From assembly GCA_002269645.1 (NCBI GenBank), contig NIVC01001945.1:155512-219511 (forward strand): 64,000 bases of DNA. Reading direction: 5' to 3'. This stretch comes from Macrostomum lignano. Lineage: Eukaryota. Every line of letters starts with the position of its first letter. The first letter of the stretch is position 1. The notes under the pieces are model-generated. The model was given only the letters and a program-made list of their open reading frames with translations. It made no database searches and had not been told where the DNA came from. Below are positions 59,956 to 64,000 of this stretch, piece by piece. The position numbers were made by a program, and so were the translations under genes.

Positions 59956-61229
59956 CATTCTTTTGTCATGCACTGAACAGCTAGTTAAACTGAGACAGCA
60001 CGGTTCGTATTTGTGTTTTCAGTTCTTCACGGATAGATTATAAAATGTACTATTATATCGGCTGGCTATATAAGGAAGACTCCAGAAATGCTCAAACAGC
60101 CAAGAAGCCGTGCGAAAGACAGCGCGGTTCCTGACCCCTTCTTGCAAGCATTGATTAAAAGGGGCTTATACAAGTAAGGGCGAGCGGAGGGAGAGAGGGA
60201 GTTGAGAACACTGCTAATGCAGAAAAAAATAAGCGAAACCCCCAGCGAGGGAAGAGAAAGACAGAGAGTGAGAGTGAGCGAGAGATGAAGCGCCATGCTC
60301 AATTACCAAAGCCAAGTCTCTTTTAGTATATAAATGAAGTAGCGGCCTCTGGGCCAGCAGCTGAGCCGAAGGCAGCGAGTGATGAAGAGTCGGAGTAGGG
60401 GATGCTGCTCAGAGGCGCACACGCCCCTATCTCATATCTCAGCTGTGAACGCCAGAATCTCTATTGTCCAGAAGTGGAAGCTCAACTTTTTGAGGGCCGT
60501 TTCAAGCCAAGCAGCTCGGGTCTCAAAATATGGACGATTATTTTTTTAGCTTTTTTCTCTCTCTCACTGACTGGCACAGCGAGTCTGTGTTGGGTTTCCA
60601 AAGCAATCTCAAACTGTGCAGAGGCTGCTTGTTGTCGGCTTGAGATGACTGAGATTTAGGTGGGTAATGGAAGAGAAGGTCAACAGTTAGACTGGATGGG
60701 CTGTGGCGCATGAAGTGTAGCCGGAGAGTGAGAGATATGATGCATTAATATAACTGATGCTGATCTCTGCGACTTAAATCCTCACCTTCGATGAGATTGA
60801 ACGGGGGGGGACATCCAGGCCTCCCTATAGGGTGTAGAGGTGGATTTATCTGTTACAGTTCTCCACTTCTAAAGGAACGATCCGCTGATCAAGTCCGGTA
60901 AGCCTTGGTAGTTTTACAGTTTTACAGTTAATTAAAAGTACACCAATGAAGTCAGCACAGGAAAAAAATTAGCTGTTTACTAGATTATTTAAAAAAAAAA
61001 CAAGAATTTGACAATGATAAGCGCGGTCAGGGCTGCTCAGTGTTAAGCAAAATTGAACTCAATATTTTTCTACAACTTCAGATAAAGGGTTTTCGCATTT
61101 GTTAAGAAGTGCAACATTTTTATTGCAATGCTTATTGGTAGATAAAACCAAAATGCTTCAGTATAGTTCGGGTTTTCATGTGTTGCCTTCTTTGCTGCTT
61201 GGTTGACATTGAAATTGAATGGAATTTTG

Positions 61230-61829
61230 AAGGGTTGAAGGGTTTGGGTTGAAGGGTTTGGGTTGAAGGGTTTGGGTTGAAGGGTTTGGGTTGAAGGGTT
61301 TGGGTTGAAGGGTTTGGGTTGAAGGGTTTGGGTTGAAGGGTTTGGGTTGAAGGGTTTGGGTTGAAGGGTTTGGGTTGAAGGGTTTGGGTTGAAGGGTTTG
61401 GGTTGAAGGGTTTGGGTTGAAGGGTTTGGGTTGAAGGGTTTGGGTTGAAGGGTTTGGGTTGAAGGGTTTGGGTTGAAGGGTTTGGGTTGAAGGGTTTGGG
61501 TTGAAGGGTTTGGGTTGAAGGGTTTGGGTTGAAGGGTTTGGGTTGAAGGGTTTGGGTTGAAGGGTTTGGGTTGAAGGGTTTGGGTTGAAGGGTTTGGGTT
61601 GAAGGGTTTGGGTTGAAGGGTTTGGGTTGAAGGGTTTGGGTTGAAGGGTTTGGGTTGAAGGGTTTGGGTTGAAGGGTTTGGGTTGAAGGGTTTGGGTTGA
61701 AGGGTTTGGGTTGAAGGGTTTGGGTTGAAGGGTTTGGGTTGAAGGGTTTGGGTTGAAGGGTTTGGGTTGAAGGGTTTGGGTTAAAGGTTTGGGTTGAAGG
61801 GTTTGGGTTGAAGGGTTTGGGTTGAAGGG
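61230..61829. repeat. 14-bp G-rich satellite (GGGTTGAAGGGTTT) x~43
   Basis: Near-perfect array. Confidence 0.97.
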
Positions 61830-62360
61830 TGTGACTTTCACTAGAAAGCATAAAAACACAGCAGGAAAACCAGTTGAATTTTTTCTTTTAAAATATGCCT
61901 TAAGTATTGTTTAAGACTCTTAGAAATCTCTTAGAAAAATATCTCTAGGTCCCCGTCTCAGCACGCAAACGCATTTGCTGGGGATTTCCGGGCATTGGGA
62001 ACGGGATTCAATCGGGGATTCAGTTGTGAACAGCAAAAATGGCGGCTGCATGGACTGGAGTTCACGCGCATACAAAGCACGACATAAATTGTAATCACCC
62101 TATAAAAGCAGAGGATTTATCCAATGAAAAAAACGAAGCCGGAACCACATTCTGTCATGAGCAGAAATAACGGACCGCAAAAGGCAATTGCAAGAAAATC
62201 AGTTCTTTTTTGCATGCAGGACGAGAAATTCTACAAGTTTGTACGTGATAATAAAATCGACCCCAAGTGCCAATGAGAATTGCAGAAACAAACTCATATA
62301 GAGGCAGCACTATCTTGAACTTTTATCCGACATATTTAATCTTCATTGGGGGTCCAGCGC

Positions 62361-63467
62361 GGCGCTTTGATGCGCCAGCGGCCCAAGCTCGATTCCAAGT
62401 GCAGTCACATTGATCTGGGACTGAATTGGAATCTCGGCTTGGCTCTGCTCGTGCAATAACGGCTTTGAGGGTCAACCCAAGGCACAGTGAAGTGTACATG
62501 CCTAACGATAAATAAAGTTAGGGCCGCTGTACACTCCTGTGTGAGTGTGTGCCTGTGCGTGTGACTGCGTACGTATCGCGCGCTTTTGTGCCTGCTCAGG
62601 GGAGTCGGCGGAATGGGCAGTAATGCCTCTCGCCGGTTGTGTGACAATGTCGCATACAGCCAGACCACAGCTGTTTCTAAAAATGTTTTATTTGTTTAAA
62701 TTTTATAACCGATGGAATTTTTAATATCGCAATTGACGTCACAAATCTTAGTAGGCAAGTTGAGAGACAAATGGACATGTCGCTAGAGCAGACAGAACTG
62801 CTCAATTATCTTTTTACAAGCTATTTTTAACTCTAAGTTTAATCGACAAGCGCGCAATGAGGGCGGCACAAGATTGAGAAAGTGATTGAGAGGTTGAGAC
62901 AAAAGCCTTCGTGGCGACTCAAGTTTACCTGAAGCCTGGGGCATATCATATTTTCGATTTTTTTCCAGACCGTCAACCCTGCAAGCTGGGGAGATAAAAA
63001 GATAAAGCCACTGAAAACTGAGTGACACAAGGCACAGGAGTAAATTTCGATTTCTTTGAAAAAATTGAGGAATATAAAAATAGAATTCGGTATAAGGCTG
63101 TGTGTATTTTTCTTAGCGTGTACAATCATTGTGGCTTTATATAGAAAGCTACTTATAGTAACATAGTGCAGTTAGCGATCGTGAAATATCAATATGTTTT
63201 GCGACAGCAAATCAACGTTGACAACTGCAAAATGGGGCTGCCCATTCCGCCGACTCCCCTGAGCAGGCACACAAGCGCGCGGATACGTACGCAGTCACAC
63301 GCACAGGCACACACTCACACAGGCATGTACACTTCACTGTGCCTTGGGAGTTGACCCTCAAGGCCGTTAATTGCACGAGCAGAGCCAAGCCGAGATTCCA
63401 ATTCAGCCCCAAATTAATGTGACTGCACTTGGAATCGAGCCTGGGCCGCTGGCGCATGCAGAGCGTC
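62361..63467. repeat. Long inverted repeat (arms 62361-62620 and 63238-63467), foldback/MITE-like
   Basis: The arms are reverse complements (e.g. CTCGATTCCAAGTGCAGTCACATT / AATGTGACTGCACTTGGAATCGAG). A partial third copy lies at ~59212-59310. Confidence 0.85.
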
Positions 63468-63662
63468 AATAAATAAAGTCAATCTGTTCAGTGCATTCAA
63501 CCGTGTCCCATCGGCCGAAATGGCAGCAGAAAATCTCTATTTTGTAAGCAAAAGTCGCATATAAATTCAAAGAGAGGGCACAGTCGATCACGGATCAAAA
63601 TTTATCAAAGTCTCAGCAGCTGGCGAACCAGTAAGTTTGAGATTTTTCATCTTTCCTAGCCT

Positions 63663-64000
63663 CTAGCTGGCGGTCAATCTCTTGCCATGGGCACCGCCGG
63701 CTTCTTTTCCTCCCGGGGCGGCCTGCTGCTGCTGCTGGCCCAGCGGCGTGGGCCGCCGCCACCGCTCCAGCGCCGCCACCTCGAGTTCGTCTTCGCGGAC
63801 TCGCCTGACCCGCGCCTTGACCGAATAGTCCGGACTGAGTTGAGCGATTGGGCGAGCGATTTTTTATATTTTTTGTACCTTAATTTGTCTACTAACAGTA
63901 GCAGGCTGCATAAGTACTATTATGTGAAATTTTAGTTCTTTTTAAATTGTTAAAAAACTTTTCCTTACTCACCGAGTGGCTTCTCCAGTGGAAACAGCGG
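63663..64000 (-). CDS. Putative last two exons of an unidentified gene entering from the right edge
   Basis: CG|GTGAGT donor at 63972, CTCAG| acceptor at 63835, GC-rich frame ..TR|PDYSVKARVRRVREDELEVAALERWRRPTPLGQQQQQ.. ending in TAG at 63663. Confidence 0.4.

Noticed and set aside
51021-61859. ORFs (SVCL)n, (SVSQ)n, (GEDPGKDP)n and (NPNPSTQTLQPKPF)n
   Set aside because: Microsatellite and minisatellite translations.

Overview
Eukaryotic (metazoan) genomic DNA, very rich in simple repeats, with GC-rich spliceosomal genes. The style resembles a free-living flatworm such as Macrostomum; this is an inference from sequence style only. About 40% of the window (4742-30087) is one nested Helitron conglomerate on the minus strand. 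Three head-to-tail copies of a non-autonomous family (5' TC, 3' CTTG) form the outer array. The first copy is interrupted by a head-to-tail dimer of a second family (5' TC, 3' CTAG). One unit of that dimer is mostly satellite DNA. The other carries a 9-exon, ~1753-codon RepHel gene with an STPR-like repeat - OTU protease - Zn finger - HUH Rep - PIF1 helicase architecture and one mutated splice donor. Other mobile DNA: a plus-strand Helitron 3' end with a very long hairpin, an hAT MITE with 8-bp TSD, an LTR/TRIM-like element, a CORE-SINE-like fragment and a 5'-truncated LINE with 14-bp TSD. Host genes: eEF2 kinase (6 exons, a minisatellite in every intron, one apparent 1-bp frameshift), an FMRFamide-receptor-like class A GPCR (2 exons), a Tctex-1-domain protein, and probably the 3' end of a minus-strand gene at the right edge. 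Most long ORFs in the supplied track are artefacts of tandem repeats. All coordinates, counts and alignments were read by eye; no searches were run.
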